Below, piece by piece: positions 1-12,393 of a stretch of DNA of 64,000 nt. The translations under genes and the position numbers were made by a program. Positions within the stretch are counted from its first letter, which is position 1. Each line of letters starts with the position of its first letter. Location of the stretch: NCBI GenBank assembly GCA_051530055.1, contig CM121342.1:11423480-11487479 (forward strand), read 5' to 3'. The notes beneath the pieces are model-generated. The model ran no database searches. It had not been told where the DNA came from and saw only the letters and a list, made by a program, of their open reading frames with translations. The stretch comes from Neoechinorhynchus agilis (Eukaryota > Animalia > Acanthocephala).

Positions 1-3000
1 GTGGCGGTCTTACTAAAAATCTCGATTCATTCATCATTAGCATTTTTACGTCCTTCTCACTCACTATACTCAGCCTCACATTCTTCATCTTCTTCTTCCT
101 ACTTTGTTCGAGAATAGATTCACATACAGTCCGTGCATTCACACATAATCCCATCTCAATGATTTTGAACATGTTCAAGCTCACCAGCAAATAACAGTCG
201 TGATCATTTAATATCATTTTGGCCGAATCAAGAATATCTTTAAGGCGTACACATTCAATCCTGGCACGTATTCTATTGCCTTCATCAATGGTCCCACCAC
301 GTTCTAATGGAAGACTCAAGACCGGAGTTTTCACATTCTTAACAGCATTAACAAGCTCTTTTATCCTCGGAACGCCCAATGTAATGTTCATCGATGCTAC
401 ACCGGCAAAATGGAAAGTCTTTAAAGTCATTTGAGTGCACGGTTCGCCCACACTCTGTGCACATATAGAACCTACAGGAGTGCCGGGCTCAACTAAGCAT
501 CGTGATTGTTTCAAAAGGCACTCGTCCAAAAAATCCTTTAACTGTTCGCGGCTCATATGTTTTACTTCAGTGTATTGATGACCGTATTTTTCCATCTTTC
601 GCATCTCATCGGCTTTTTGGATCAAAAAGCGCTTGAGTTCACCTATTCGATCCTCACTGAAATAACGGGAAAACTCTGGGTTCCAATCTAAACATCTCTG
701 TGCCTCAATTATGAATTCATCGGCGCTTAAGACGTTCATATCAATGAAACCGGAGGAGAGACGACGGCGCTTGTGGAAACCACGAGCTCGGCAGTGATCA
801 TACACTCGGTCTAAATCAAAAGAGTAGTCGTTCTTAAGAGTCTCCATGTGGCAGGGGTCCAGACCGTCTGATCCGTATTTAAATTGAATTATGTCGCCTG
901 ATGCAGAACGCACCGAATAGTCGTAGGCGCAATAAAGATCTTCTAAGGCGACGGTGATTCACTCTTCAGTAGTCATTTTCCTCTAATAGGTCATCTAACG
1001 AGAATTAACGATATTAATCAGAGAAAAATGTCATCAGTTTACCCGTTTAGATCAATCAATAACGAATTGGGTAAAGTAACAGCAAGGAATGAGAGAAATT
1101 CAAAAACGGAAGCCTAATAAATCACTAAAGAAAGTGTCCCCCATTTTGGATAATCGCCGTCACTATCTAAGCATTTGACAAGACGCCTTTGCATGTATCC
1201 TGTCTCAGCTGTCTTTACTGCAGTATCCACCAAACCCTCTCGTCCGGCCATCGCGTGGAAAAAGAACTCAAAAGCTTTGAGCCCACTTCTGAAACTGTTT
1301 TCGATGAACCCATAAGCTGCTGGATCTTTCGATCGCGGTTTAAAGCAGCAGAGGCATCGTGCCTGATACCGGTCCTCCTTTATTCGTGATCCACTCACTG
1401 TCTGCTGACCAACACAAGTGACCATCTGACAAACGTTAATCGACGATCCCTTTGATCCGGACAAAGACATGATTCGAGGTGCGTTAGAATCCGGAAGGTA
1501 TTTGAGACATTCCGTACCGATTGTGTTACGAAGCTCTGATAATTTCGCATTAAGAAGAGATTCAAGATTTGCTTCATTGTCGCATCCGATAGCACCTTCA
1601 ACCTCACCCTTGGCGAACGCATTGCTCTTTCCTTCACAATATTCATAACCGTTGGCAAGAATTTGTGAACGTGCCACCAGAAGAAGATCCGGAGCGTTTA
1701 CATCTGCGAGACCAAGAGAGAGTCCTCTTTGAAGGAGATAAGCGATTGAGACGCGAGCTAATCGCCACATAACGTCGGCACAGTACTGTGCATCGCCATC
1801 ACGAAGAGCATAGAAAAGAATATTTTGTTTTGAGCCTGAACCAATCACTGATTTATCAATACGTCCGCAAATTAGATTGCCGTTCCGTACGACAATAAAA
1901 GTATCATCCGAGTCCAAGTCCTCTGCTGCACCTTTATAAAACTTTGATCCACATCTAAGGTTTACCAAATATTGCTCGTCATTCGGTCTAAGAATCATAC
2001 TGAAGATTTGTTTGCCTGTCCACAGCTCGACCGGTTTCATGATAGCTGGTGGCGGCAGTTGCACATACTCCACCACTCCTTTGGAGTCGGCTAGCATCAT
2101 CGATTGGATAAGCTGGCAAGTCTGTGAACGTTCAAGAAAAAGATCCTTGTCGGTTAAAAGAAAGCATCCGCTATGAAGAAGAGATTCTGGGGTTAACATC
2201 CAAAAAAATCAGTTTCATTTTTTCAAAAAACAAGACATTAGAATTTAATTGAAAAGACGTAATCCACAGATTGTTTTGGCCAAGGCGAAGTAAAAAATGA
2301 TTTAATTTAATTTTTTGCCTTTAATGTGGGACTTCTTCAGAATTGTCTGCAGAGGAAAATACAAGTAACCTTTAGACCCAAAAAAAATTCGAATTTTACT
2401 ATGTTTTGATAGACTAAAAATGCAGAAGCACCCTGCTTGTTTTAGACAAAATTAAAATCATTTTGTTTTTGTCGACGTCGTTTTAATAAGGCCTGGTTTG
2501 TAAACAGCAAAAACGAAAATAAAGCGCTTGATCAAAAAATAATTTAAAGCAAATAACGGATTTAAGAAAAGTTTAAAGGGTAATTGAGCACCCAAAAAAG
2601 TAAGCGTCTTGGAATCTCTTCTTTCCATAAGAAAGTCCTGAGTAGCTCCAATGATTAATTGCCCATTACAGGGCGTCACTAGATTAGCCTTCGTATCCAT
2701 TAGCAAACTCGCTTCGGCTCGCGCTTCTTCGGTCTGTGGCACATGGATGTTCATTTCGTCTCCATCAAAATCCGCATTAAATGGCGAGCAAACGCACTCG
2801 TTGAAGTTAAACGTTTTGTGCGGTGTTATTTTGACTTTCATACAAAGGATGCTTAGTCGATGAAGTGATGGTTGTCGATTGAAAAGTACAAAGTCTCCTT
2901 CCATGAGATCTCTCTCAACAATATCTCCTATTTTTAGCCGCTCAAGCACATCCCGTTTCTTAGAATATTGCATTGTTTTGGTCTCATTAGTATCCGAGAA

Positions 3001-4293
3001 AGTGACATATTTTGCGGACGGGTATTGATGATAGCCTCGTTCAATGAGACGCTTGAGCCCTTTCATATTATGAGCAGTTACACGATCCTTGAACGTAAGT
3101 ATCTTGGCGATTGCAATTGGGATAGCTACTTCATCGATTCTCAAATTTGGGTTGGGTGAAATTACTGTTCTCCCGCTGAAATTCACACGCCGTCCACTTA
3201 GATTTCCTCTAAACCTTCCGAATTTTCCTTTAAGGCGTTGAGCGAATCCCCTGATGTACTCCTTCTTGGTCATTGTTGACGGGAGTTGAGTAAGCTCGCT
3301 GTTGAGCATTAATGCAGAAAGCAATTGAAAATAGTCCCAACTCCCAATCGTTGTAGTAAGAGCGCACTTTCCGTGGCCAACGGAATCTGAACGCTCATGA
3401 CTGTTGAAAACAGTTTTTACCATAACGATTTCACATACTTTTGCCGTCAAGTCGTCTTCGGTAGTACAATTGGTTACTTTGGACACGACTGACGGTCTCA
3501 CAGGTACAGGTGGTACCAAAATATTCCTAAACATTAAGTTACGAGGATGTGAGCATTGAGGATCCATCTGAAGAAACGCGACGTCCGTCTCAATAATATT
3601 GTCCAGAATTTCAAACACTTGCATATAGTTCAGAATTTCGTATCCTTGCTCAAGGATTTGTCTCATATTACGAGTTGAATCCAATATATCCGCATAATTG
3701 TTCAAATGGGCGTTCACAATGGCTTGATCGCGTTTTGTAACCGACCGAAACTTGTAATGAGCAATCTTCATAAATCCCATCTTCTTTACAACTCCATTTA
3801 GATCCGAACAATGAGGACAGCGTTTCGTTTTCCGGCATTTTATGTGTACGGCGTTGCGGATTGCCTTTCGTTCAAGATAGGTGTTGTTAATGCGCCTTGC
3901 TTTTCTACCCATCGATGTCATCGATTCTTGATTTAAAAGAATTCGGGAACATGTCTTACATACCGATTGAAGAACACGAATAATTGACTTGAAATATCCC
4001 CAGTTGTAGACGGGAAGGCCAGCAAGATGTAGAATACCGTAGTGACCTGGGCAGTCGTCCCAACCTTGTCTACATGTTGCACACGTCGTCTGATAATTTG
4101 AAGTACCCATTCGAAGATCCAATGGTCCATGTGGTTGAACGACTCTCTGCATTTTGTCCGGTGTGTATAGGGCACTATCCTTTATTTCAACCACGCTACA
4201 TTGTTCATTATCGGTAGCACTTGGGACGACAAATTGAATGGAATCTATTGTACGGTTGGAAATTATGACCTGTCGGTTAAAACGGTGAGACAT
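1..4293 (-). CDS. POLR3A: RNA polymerase III largest subunit (RPC1); exons about 4293-2629, 2172-1166 and 941-<1; 3' end outside the window
   Basis: ORFs 2458..4293 and 1114..2199 contain the N-terminal Zn motif (CATC...CPGHYG), [26 protein letters not shown], the catalytic [11 protein letters not shown], and [32 protein letters not shown] hand-translated exon from 941 to 1 is open and contains [49 protein letters not shown]. The QDFLxG and [24 protein letters not shown] motifs favour Pol III over Pol I or II. Confidence 0.93.
942..1165 (-). other. RPC1 intron 2, 224 nt; slides to 948..1171 across a CTTAGA direct repeat; inverted-repeat ends
   Basis: Removing 224 nt gives RRLVKCL-EDLYC. Arms are gtgacggcgatt (1163-1152) and aatcaccgtcgc (959-948). 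Confidence 0.8.
2173..2628 (-). other. RPC1 intron 1, 456 nt; non-GT donor; inverted-repeat ends
   Basis: Removal gives GATQDFL-SGCFLLT. A perfect 12-bp inverted repeat aagaagagattc/gaatctcttctt lies at 2623-2612 and 2187-2176, with TA at both junctions. Confidence 0.82.
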
Positions 4294-4421
4294 CTTTTAG
4301 CTATCTGAAAAGGTCAGGTTAAAGAAGCTTTAACATACGTGAAAGTGGAGGAAAATGCAATTTCCAACAAATTGAAGTGTATTTTGTAAAGATTTGAAGT
4401 TTTCGTGAGGACCTAAAATTA

Positions 4422-4860
4422 GACGCGATCGATTTTTGATCCTTCTTCTTTGACTTTTCACGAACCAAATGGTATAGAAATCAATTCGAGATTTGCACAC
4501 AATCAACTATTGACCCTTTTTCTTTGGCTTTTCACGAACCAAATGATATAGAAATCAATTGGATAATCGGGCGCGATTAACTTTTTATCCTTCTTCTTTG
4601 ACTTTTCATGAAATAAATGGTGCAGAAATCAATTGGCGAATCGGGACGCGATCGATTGTTGATCCTTCTTTGACTTTTCACGAACCAAATGGTATAGGAA
4701 TCAATTCGAGATTTGGACACGGTCGACTATTGATGCTTTTTCTTTGGCTTTTCACGAACCAGATGATATAGAAATCAATTGGATAATTGGGCGCGATTAA
4801 CTTTCTATACTTTTTCTTTGACTTTTCACAAACCAAATGGTAGAGAAATCAAATGGATGA
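4422..4860. repeat. Tandem array of six ~74-bp units forming two ~220-bp higher-order units
   Basis: The core tg(a/g)cttttcacgaaccaaatg recurs at 4451, 4525, 4599, 4671, 4745 and 4819; units 1/4, 2/5 and 3/6 are most alike. Confidence 0.9.
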
Positions 4861-5699
4861 GAGACTAACCTTCCAATTCGAAAAGGGTTTTAACATTTAG
4901 GTTCAACATTACTTAAGAGCTATGAGCATTCATTAAAGGAAGTGGAGAAAGTATACTAATATTGTAAAGGTCTGATTATCAACAGAAATTCTACAAAAAC
5001 ATCAGTTATCATTCGATTTGAGTAACGTGGATGTTTTTTAAAGTTATTTGTCGATTTTAATTTTTTTCATGAAGAAATTTTTTATTCTCTGTTTGAATTG
5101 TTAAAAATATATTACGTTCTTATAAAAAAACAGAAACGTTTTAATTTTAAATTCCCTAAAAATTCCGATCTTCGGTACAAACGAGTCTGTGTATTGTCTG
5201 ATTGAATTACTTGGAGATCTCGTACAACAATTCCGATTGAATGGTAATAGGGCGAACCATTTCCGACCATGGTTAAAATGTAAAAGTCTTCGCTCTTGAA
5301 TTTTAACGTTGGCGGATCTCGAAGCTCAGTTGTTAGGGTGTTTCGGCATTTTACGGAAAGTAGAATCATCAGAGTCGAACAAGTGCTTAATGCAAGACAC
5401 CAGATTTAGTCATTGAAAGACAAAGAAACGAATATTGACGCAAATAGCGAAATGAAATACCTACTAAGCAAACCAAAAGCGACTAAGAATTAAAACAATC
5501 ATCGGAATATCAAAAATCAAACTAACACAGCAGAGTATGACGTTTTCATAAATGGATTCTTCCGTGTCAGCGTTACCTTGATGGGAAATGCCGTCTTATG
5601 TCTTTGTAACTTTTCAGACGTTGAAAAGTAGAAGTACCATTGAAAGTATTTCCATTCTTGGATGACGGGTTTCTACTGTTTTTTAATTTGATGCTCTGT

Positions 5700-6110
5700 T
5701 TATGATCGGTTTAGCCAATCTCATCACTCAATCATCATCCAACCTCTCCCTCTCGTAAAACCTCTATTGAAATCAAAGATTTCTGCACTAATCACAAACT
5801 CCATCTTAATTCCTCTAAATGCTTCGATATGTTCCACTTTCTCTCCCCCAACCCCACAACATCCCCTGAGCTTCTAAATGACATCCTACGAGTAATTTCC
5901 CTGAGAATTCTGGGTATCCAATTTCAATCAAATTTGAAATGGGACTTGGACATCGCTCTCTCCCTCAAGCACAACACCTTTAAAATTTATCTCCTCAAAC
6001 GCATCTGACATTTAGGAATCCCTTCACCCGATCTCTACAAATTTTACTTCAGCTTTATTTTACCTTCCCTCACCTGTGGTTATGCCGCCTGGTGCCAAAT
6101 ATAGGACTGG
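5700..6110 (+). mobile_element. Decayed L2/CR1-like LINE RT C-terminal fragment
   Basis: Resembles the LINE fragments at 37030-37640 and 16730-17110 (LKWdlhI...KIYLLKRI.HLGIPSPDLYKFY). Confidence 0.6.
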
Positions 6111-6227
6111 TAATAAGATGCGGTATTTCTAATATTTTAATGACGGATAAATTAAATCAAAACAACTTCCCATTGGAAAAAACCAGGTTGTCAATATAGA
6201 ACACCAACATTTCGCATTTTGAATCCC

Positions 6228-6375
6228 GTCAAAGACGCGGGTTCGAAACGTTTTTAATAAAAAATAATTTATCCGGTTGAAAAAAAATGAACAAGAATTC
6301 TAATCATATATCACGGTACCACCCGACGAGGTTCGAAACGTTTCTAATAAAAAATTATTTACCGGTTTCAAGACC
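6228..6375 (+). repeat. Two truncated copies of the Penelope-type hammerhead repeat (3' half only)
   Basis: acccgacgaggttcgaaacgtttctaataaaaaattatttaccgg at about 6321-6365 and a related copy at about 6240-6275 match 53738-53782; no CTGATGA upstream. Confidence 0.7.
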
Positions 6376-6469
6376 TAAACAATAATTCTAGCTCAGAATT
6401 ATATTGCAACTTGCAAAATATTCCGTTATGTGAAAACAAATGAATGGAACATCCATATATTTATTATCA

Positions 6470-7267
6470 TCAAAAATACGGCGAGTATTCTGGCTTAAGC
6501 TCATATTTGTTCCTGTGCATTTCCTGGGTGTGATACACGCAGATATCATTTAAAACTGATTTGAGAAGTTGTTGTGGTTTTTTGGTTAAATCCATAAGCT
6601 CGTTTAAGGAGCGGAATCTTTTCGTTGCAAAGCATTGAAATAGTTTCTCAATAACTACTTCTCTCGACCCGCGCTCTCGTCTTTCAATCCATTTTCTTCG
6701 ATCCAATATCACTGGCAGTGCTGGTCTTTTAGAAGAATATAACCCTGCAAAATGCTCATTTTCTTCTAGCGTTCCGGTCTCTTCCTTGGGTGTATGTTTT
6801 AGTTCTTTGAATGTTAAGTAAATGGGGTCCATGGGGTCAGTTCTGACACTTACACGGTTCACTGCATTACCGATCATCACAAAAGAAGCGATTTGTTCAT
6901 CGCTCTCACTTTGCTGATCATCCCAAGTCGTCTTGATTTCTGCCAGTAGCATATTTTCTTTTATAGGAGTCGGTTTTGACAATATATATTCTTGAGGAAT
7001 TCCTTCAGATTTCACGGAATCGATTACTACAAATTTGTCTGACTTAATGTAACCAACAATTGCACCTTGGGTTCCTTCTACGGCATTTTCCAATGCATCT
7101 GCTAAATATCGAGGAAACGAGTAGACTACGTATTCATCGCTAAAATTCAGAGCTTCGTGCCGAACTCTTACAGTAGTTGATTCCCATGCATCTCCAATCG
7201 ATACCTTTTCTGCTGGTGTCCCAGACATGTCTTGATCTTCGCCATCAATCTTTGGCGATTTGCTCAT
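6470..7267 (-). CDS. GTF2F2: General transcription factor IIF beta subunit (RAP30)
   Basis: Single 265-aa ORF. The C-terminal winged helix KRERGSREVVIEKLFQCFAT-like segment through LTKKPQQLLKSVLNDIC and HRNKYELKPEY matches the RAP30 C-terminus. Confidence 0.85.
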   Translation of the reverse strand: MSKSPKIDGEDQDMSGTPAEKVSIGDAWESTTVRVRHEALNFSDEYVVYSFPRYLADALENAVEGTQGAIVGYIKSDKFVVIDSVKSEGIPQEYILSKPTPIKENMLLAEIKTTWDDQQSESDEQIASFVMIGNAVNRVSVRTDPMDPIYLTFKELKHTPKEETGTLEENEHFAGLYSSKRPALPVILDRRKWIERRERGSREVVIEKLFQCFATKRFRSLNELMDLTKKPQQLLKSVLNDICVYHTQEMHRNKYELKPEYSPYF

Positions 7268-8140
7268 CTATAGTAAACACAAGCTGTTCGAAGAAAAAGG
7301 TGAAATTTACAATTAAAAGGGGCCCGGGAACATTATCTAAAAGATTATAGATATCGAAATTCTCGAGCGCAACTTCAAAAGGCTAATCAATTTCGATGCC
7401 AAAGTCAAAAGAATATTGAAATGAAAATGCGCAAATGCGTAAATTTTAAATTTCGTTCAACTGCATTTTTATATGCGAATCATGCAAACGTAAAAAGTGA
7501 ACATGATGATAGTATACCTAATTGCGTAAAACTTTTTGCATCTCCATGTTTTACTTATTAAAAAAATCCATTCCAGATTAATGATCTTTATTTCTATCTG
7601 TGTTTGTCTTTGGCTAAATTTTTTTATTTGCAGCACAAAGAGATAATTGAACAATTCATGCTTGTTTATGGCGAACACTTATATGGCGGAAAAATTAAGA
7701 ATTTATTGATTTGGATATTTCGGCACAAGATTGAAACATCAACAATTCAATCTTCAAACATATTAGTGAGGTGTCATATAAATGCTCATTTTGAACACTA
7801 AAAGAAGAGACGCGATATCACAATTACTTTGAAAGTAGACCCTAAGCGACTGGCCTCTATGGATTGTGTTAATCAATTACTAATGATGTGTAGACAACAA
7901 AATTAAAGGTAGCTAGTGTATGCCGCTTTTCGAGTGTTGAATTCTTGGAAAGAGAAGAAATACGTTTCTAATATTAGCCATTTTGTTTGCTCTAAGTTTG
8001 ACACACAATTCTATAGCTTTATCGCGAAATATTTCATTTCAATAAAATGTTTTCCTATTGGCTTAATGGGTATATCTGCAGCCAATAGAATTTCACAAGG
8101 TGTTGAATCGGAATATGGAAAAAATACTTCTTTGACTTTA

Positions 8141-8222
8141 ACATTTTTATGTGTGGCTGAGCCGGTTGCCTTTTTATCGATAAGTGTAAGGTGACTATTT
8201 TTAACCACACACGGCTGAATTA
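8141..8222 (-). repeat. Fragment of the tRNA/hammerhead repeat family (flank portion, subfamily of the 29-kb copy)
   Basis: atttttatgtgtggctgagccggttgcctttttat and ccacacacggctgaat match 29254-29289 and 28931-28945. Confidence 0.6.
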
Positions 8223-8271
8223 TTCGATTGTATCGCGCAATACAACACGCTTAATCACGAATTTGCACGCT

Positions 8272-8335
8272 TTTTAGGATCGGCTGATCCATGTTCAAAT
8301 GTTGTTAACATGGAACCTTTCTCCACTTTAGTCTT
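8272..8335 (-). rRNA. 28S (LSU) rDNA fragment, left piece, interrupted by an LTR element
   Basis: ggatcggctgatccatgttcaaatgttgttaacatggaacctttctccactttagtctt matches the reverse complement of a conserved LSU segment as I recall it, and continues at 12571. Confidence 0.8.
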
Positions 8336-8490
8336 TGAAGTATCTTCACTCTTCATGATAAGTTTTATTAACGTTATTTCAAAACCTGACCAACTGCAAA
8401 AACCAAAAACAAACGCACAAACCCCCAAACATCGTTTGGTCATTATCGATCGGACGCGCAGTGCGTGTCACGATCGCTCACTATATAACA
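8336..8490 (-). repeat. 3' LTR (TG...CA), preceded by a polypurine tract at 8491-8504
   Basis: 5 differences in 155 bp from the other LTR; PPT reads aaggaggggagaaa on the minus strand. Confidence 0.95.
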
Positions 8491-11400
8491 TTTCTCCCCT
8501 CCTTAATTGAGACCCGAGGTATCGTAATCGTTTAACTACTCAGGTCGACGTCGTATTTCCCCTTTCCGTCTCATTCGTTGGTTCATCATTGATGGGCTCA
8601 TTGGGCGTTTGTTCCCCGTGCGGCAATTCCCCTGCCTCTGCTATGGCTACTGCTGGTCTCAGGTGATCGGCGTGTTTTCTCTCTATCCCTCTTTCGGTCC
8701 TAACTTTATAGGAGACGGGACCATTTCGATTCTCCACTCGCCCTGAACACCATCATCGATTATGTTGCGTCTTGCACCACACCTGCTCGTCCTTCTCGAA
8801 CTCCCTCCATTTTGAGCCTTGGTCGTGCTTATCCTTCCATTTTTCTTTGTTTTCCACCCTAGTGCAGTGGTCGTCCTTGTGAAGGTTATCGAATAGTACT
8901 CGAATTGGGCGTCCGAACATCGCCACCGCAGGACTTACCCCGGTCGTCGCATTTGGACAGTTTCGGTAGCTTAATAGAAAGCTTTGTAATTGTTTTTCGT
9001 ACGCGCATCGAGGGAAACATCTGAAAACCCTCTCTTTTACTGTTCGGACAAATCGATCGGCTTGACCGTTAGTACGAAGGTGGTATGATGTCGAATAAAT
9101 AGGTTTAATTCCATTACTCATTAGGAAATCTTGAAACGTTTCGGATCGGAAGCTTGAACCGTTATCCATGACCACCTTTTTTGGCAAACCGAAACGGCAG
9201 AATAATCGGCGCATATGAGTGACAAGGGTCGTCGCATCAGTCGAGCGCACTTCGATTACCTCTGGCCACTTCGTGAACGCATCGACCACGATGAGCCACA
9301 TTGTGTTTTGCACTGGACCAATGTAATCTATGTGGATCCGCTCCCAGGGAGTCCTCGGCACATCCCAAGGTATCATATCCACCTCTGGTTGCTTCGGTTG
9401 CCCTTCTTGACACGCCTGACATCGACTCACATAGTCTTCGATCGCTTTATCCAATCGTGGCCACCAGACGTACATCCTGGCCTAAGACTTCATCGACGTA
9501 CATCCTGGATGGCTTTGATGTAGCATTTTGAGAACCCCATCTCGCAACGCCTCTGCGATAATCATCCTACCCAGCCAAAATAGGATGTTGTTTTCGACCG
9601 ATAGTGCTCTCCTCTTTTCGTAATATGTCCGTAAATCATTCGGAATCACTTCGGGCCATTGTGTCTTGATATACTTACACACTCTCGCCAGCACAATATC
9701 GTTTCTTAAACTCCGTTTCAACATCTCTGCGTTTATGAGTTTTTAATCGTCACAATTTATTAGATCAATTTCATTGACAAAACTCTCCACTGGTTCATTT
9801 GAAACTTCTGGTATTCTTAATAGTGCATCGGCATATACATTCTCTTTGCCTTTCACATATTCGATGGTGTAATCATATTCGGCCAACACAATCGCCCATC
9901 TTCGCAAACGGTTACCATGTATCTGATTCAATTCTTTTTTATGTCCGAATATGTGAATCAAAGGTTTGTGATCGGTCATCAGTCGAAAACTACGTCCGAA
10001 TAAGAAGTGGTGAAATTTCTTTATTTCAAACAATATCGCCCCAGCTTCTTTATCTATTGTTGAATAATTTTTTTCCGCAGGTGATAAAGTTCTTGACGCA
10101 TACGCGATCGCTCTCCAGTTTCTCCCTTCCTTGCTGCAAGAGTACCGCCCCAAACCCCACTTCACTCGCATCACACGACAGGATTACCTCTTTTTCAACA
10201 GCATACGGCATCAACACTTTCGGATGTTCCATCAACTTTTTCGCTGCCATGAAACTATCTTGTTCTATTTTCCCCCATCTCCTTGGAATCTTCGAACTGG
10301 TCAGTCTATGAAGCGGACTGCACACAGCGTGCAAATGTGGCAAAAATCGTTCATGGTATCTTGCTGCTCCGAGGAAGGCTCTCAATTGCGTTCGTGTTTT
10401 CGGAGGTGGACAATTGATCATTGACGGCAATTTCGCTTGTGGTGCTCTTATTGTCCCCGATTCCCAGATCATTCCTAAAATATCAACCGTTTCCTGGAGA
10501 AAACAGCATTTTCCTAACTTCAGTGTTAGTCCTGTGTATTCCAATCTCTGCAGAACTCGACGTAGGTTGTCTATGTGTTGCTCATCGTCGTTTCCGCTTA
10601 TCACGATATCATCTAAGTATACTGCGACATTCGGAATATCTTCTAATAACTGATTCATAAATCGCCGAAATATGAAAGGCGCTGAATAGATCCCAAATGG
10701 CAATCTCATATATTGATAATAACCCATAGGCGTTGTAATCGTCAATAGTTTTCGCGATTTTTGTGATACCGGTAACTGTAGGTAGGCATCTTTCAGATCG
10801 AGTTTGCTACATTTCTGCCGGAACCGATCATGCTTAATATATCCTCGATTTTCGGAATTATACAACTGTCTCTCTTAAGATAGTCATTTATAGTGACTCG
10901 AAAATCACCACATACTCTGATCCTGTTTTTCGCTTTCTTCACGAGAACGATCGGTGTGGCCCATTCCAGCGGTTCTCTCGTCGGATCCACTTTCCTTAGA
11001 ACGCCGAATGCTTGAAGCCTGTTCATCTCCTCCTGTAAACATTAAACCATCGGAAGAGGAACTCTCCGTTCCGGAATTTTTTTGGACTCGCATCATCTCT
11101 CACTGACCATTCGAAAAAAGTTTAGCATATTCCTTCTCTGGTTTCATCTCCATCTGATTTATTGAGGATACCACACCGATCCCCATCCCTTGGTTTCCTC
11201 TCTAGATCGCATCTAACTGCACCGGAACTATAACAACAGCACATATCCAATTTAGTCCACACAATGCTCTATCCATGGTTCGCACCACGGCAACTTCGAC
11301 CATGGCTCGACGTCCCTCTAATTCCACCTCCACTTGACCAGTTCCCAGAGTGTCGAGTGCCTGTCCACCATATGCTTTTAGGCGAAGACCCTCTCTAAGC

Positions 11401-12393
11401 GGTTTAGATCCTAATTGTGTCCAAATCCGCATCGGGATCACCGAGACACCGGCACCGGTGTCATATTCCATCTCCACTGATCTTCCATTGACTTTAAGAA
11501 TTAGCGTCCACTTTTGGTTTTGTCTAACAGCGTTGATGTTTCTAATCACTTCTTCCTCCTCTCCAATCTGTTTTACCTGCTTGACCTGCGATCGGAAACA
11601 ATTCCGTGCAAAATGGCCAAATCTCCCACAGTTGAAACATCTTCCTCCTCGGCTGTTTGGAAAGGTCTGAGAGTTTTCTCCTCGAAAAATACACGGCTCG
11701 TTGCTTTTATGAACTTTTCCACATCGATTACAGATGGTTCTTCTTCGATCATCGGCATGATTCCACTTCTCGAAGTTTCTCACCACTACCCGGTGCAACG
11801 TACCTGCATCTCCGTCCTTCGTTTGTCTTACCTCAGCTATCGCTCGTTCCATTGGGATGCATAGATCTAGGACTTGTTTCATCGATACAATTTTTTTTCT
11901 GTATCCCGTCTTGCCAACGGCACCTTATCTCCGTCTCGATTCGGGCATCGTTCAAACCAATAGCGAAACGATCCCGTAACCGTTCGTCCAGGTTTTCCCC
12001 ATAGCTACAGCACACACTTAGCGTGCGCAATCGATCTGCAAACTCGTTGAAAAGACTCACCATCTTTTCTATTGGCTTTCTCGAACGCAAAACGGGCAGC
12101 AAATATTGCCGTAGTTGGCGTGAGCAGATCGGTCATTGACTGAATAATTTCCTGGTAACCAAGATTACCGACATCCTTAGGAAATACATGCCTTTCCAAT
12201 TTGCTTAGGTTAGTATCACCCATAAACGCCAATAGCAGCATCGCTTTCGCTTCGGACACACGTTTCTCGGTTCCGCGGATACCTTTTAACCATAGGTGTC
12301 TTTCGAAACGACGAATGTATGTTGTCCATCCTACGCCCGTGGATTCCGAACACGGGTCCATTCGGAACAGTTCTAACTTACGGCCAAAATCCT

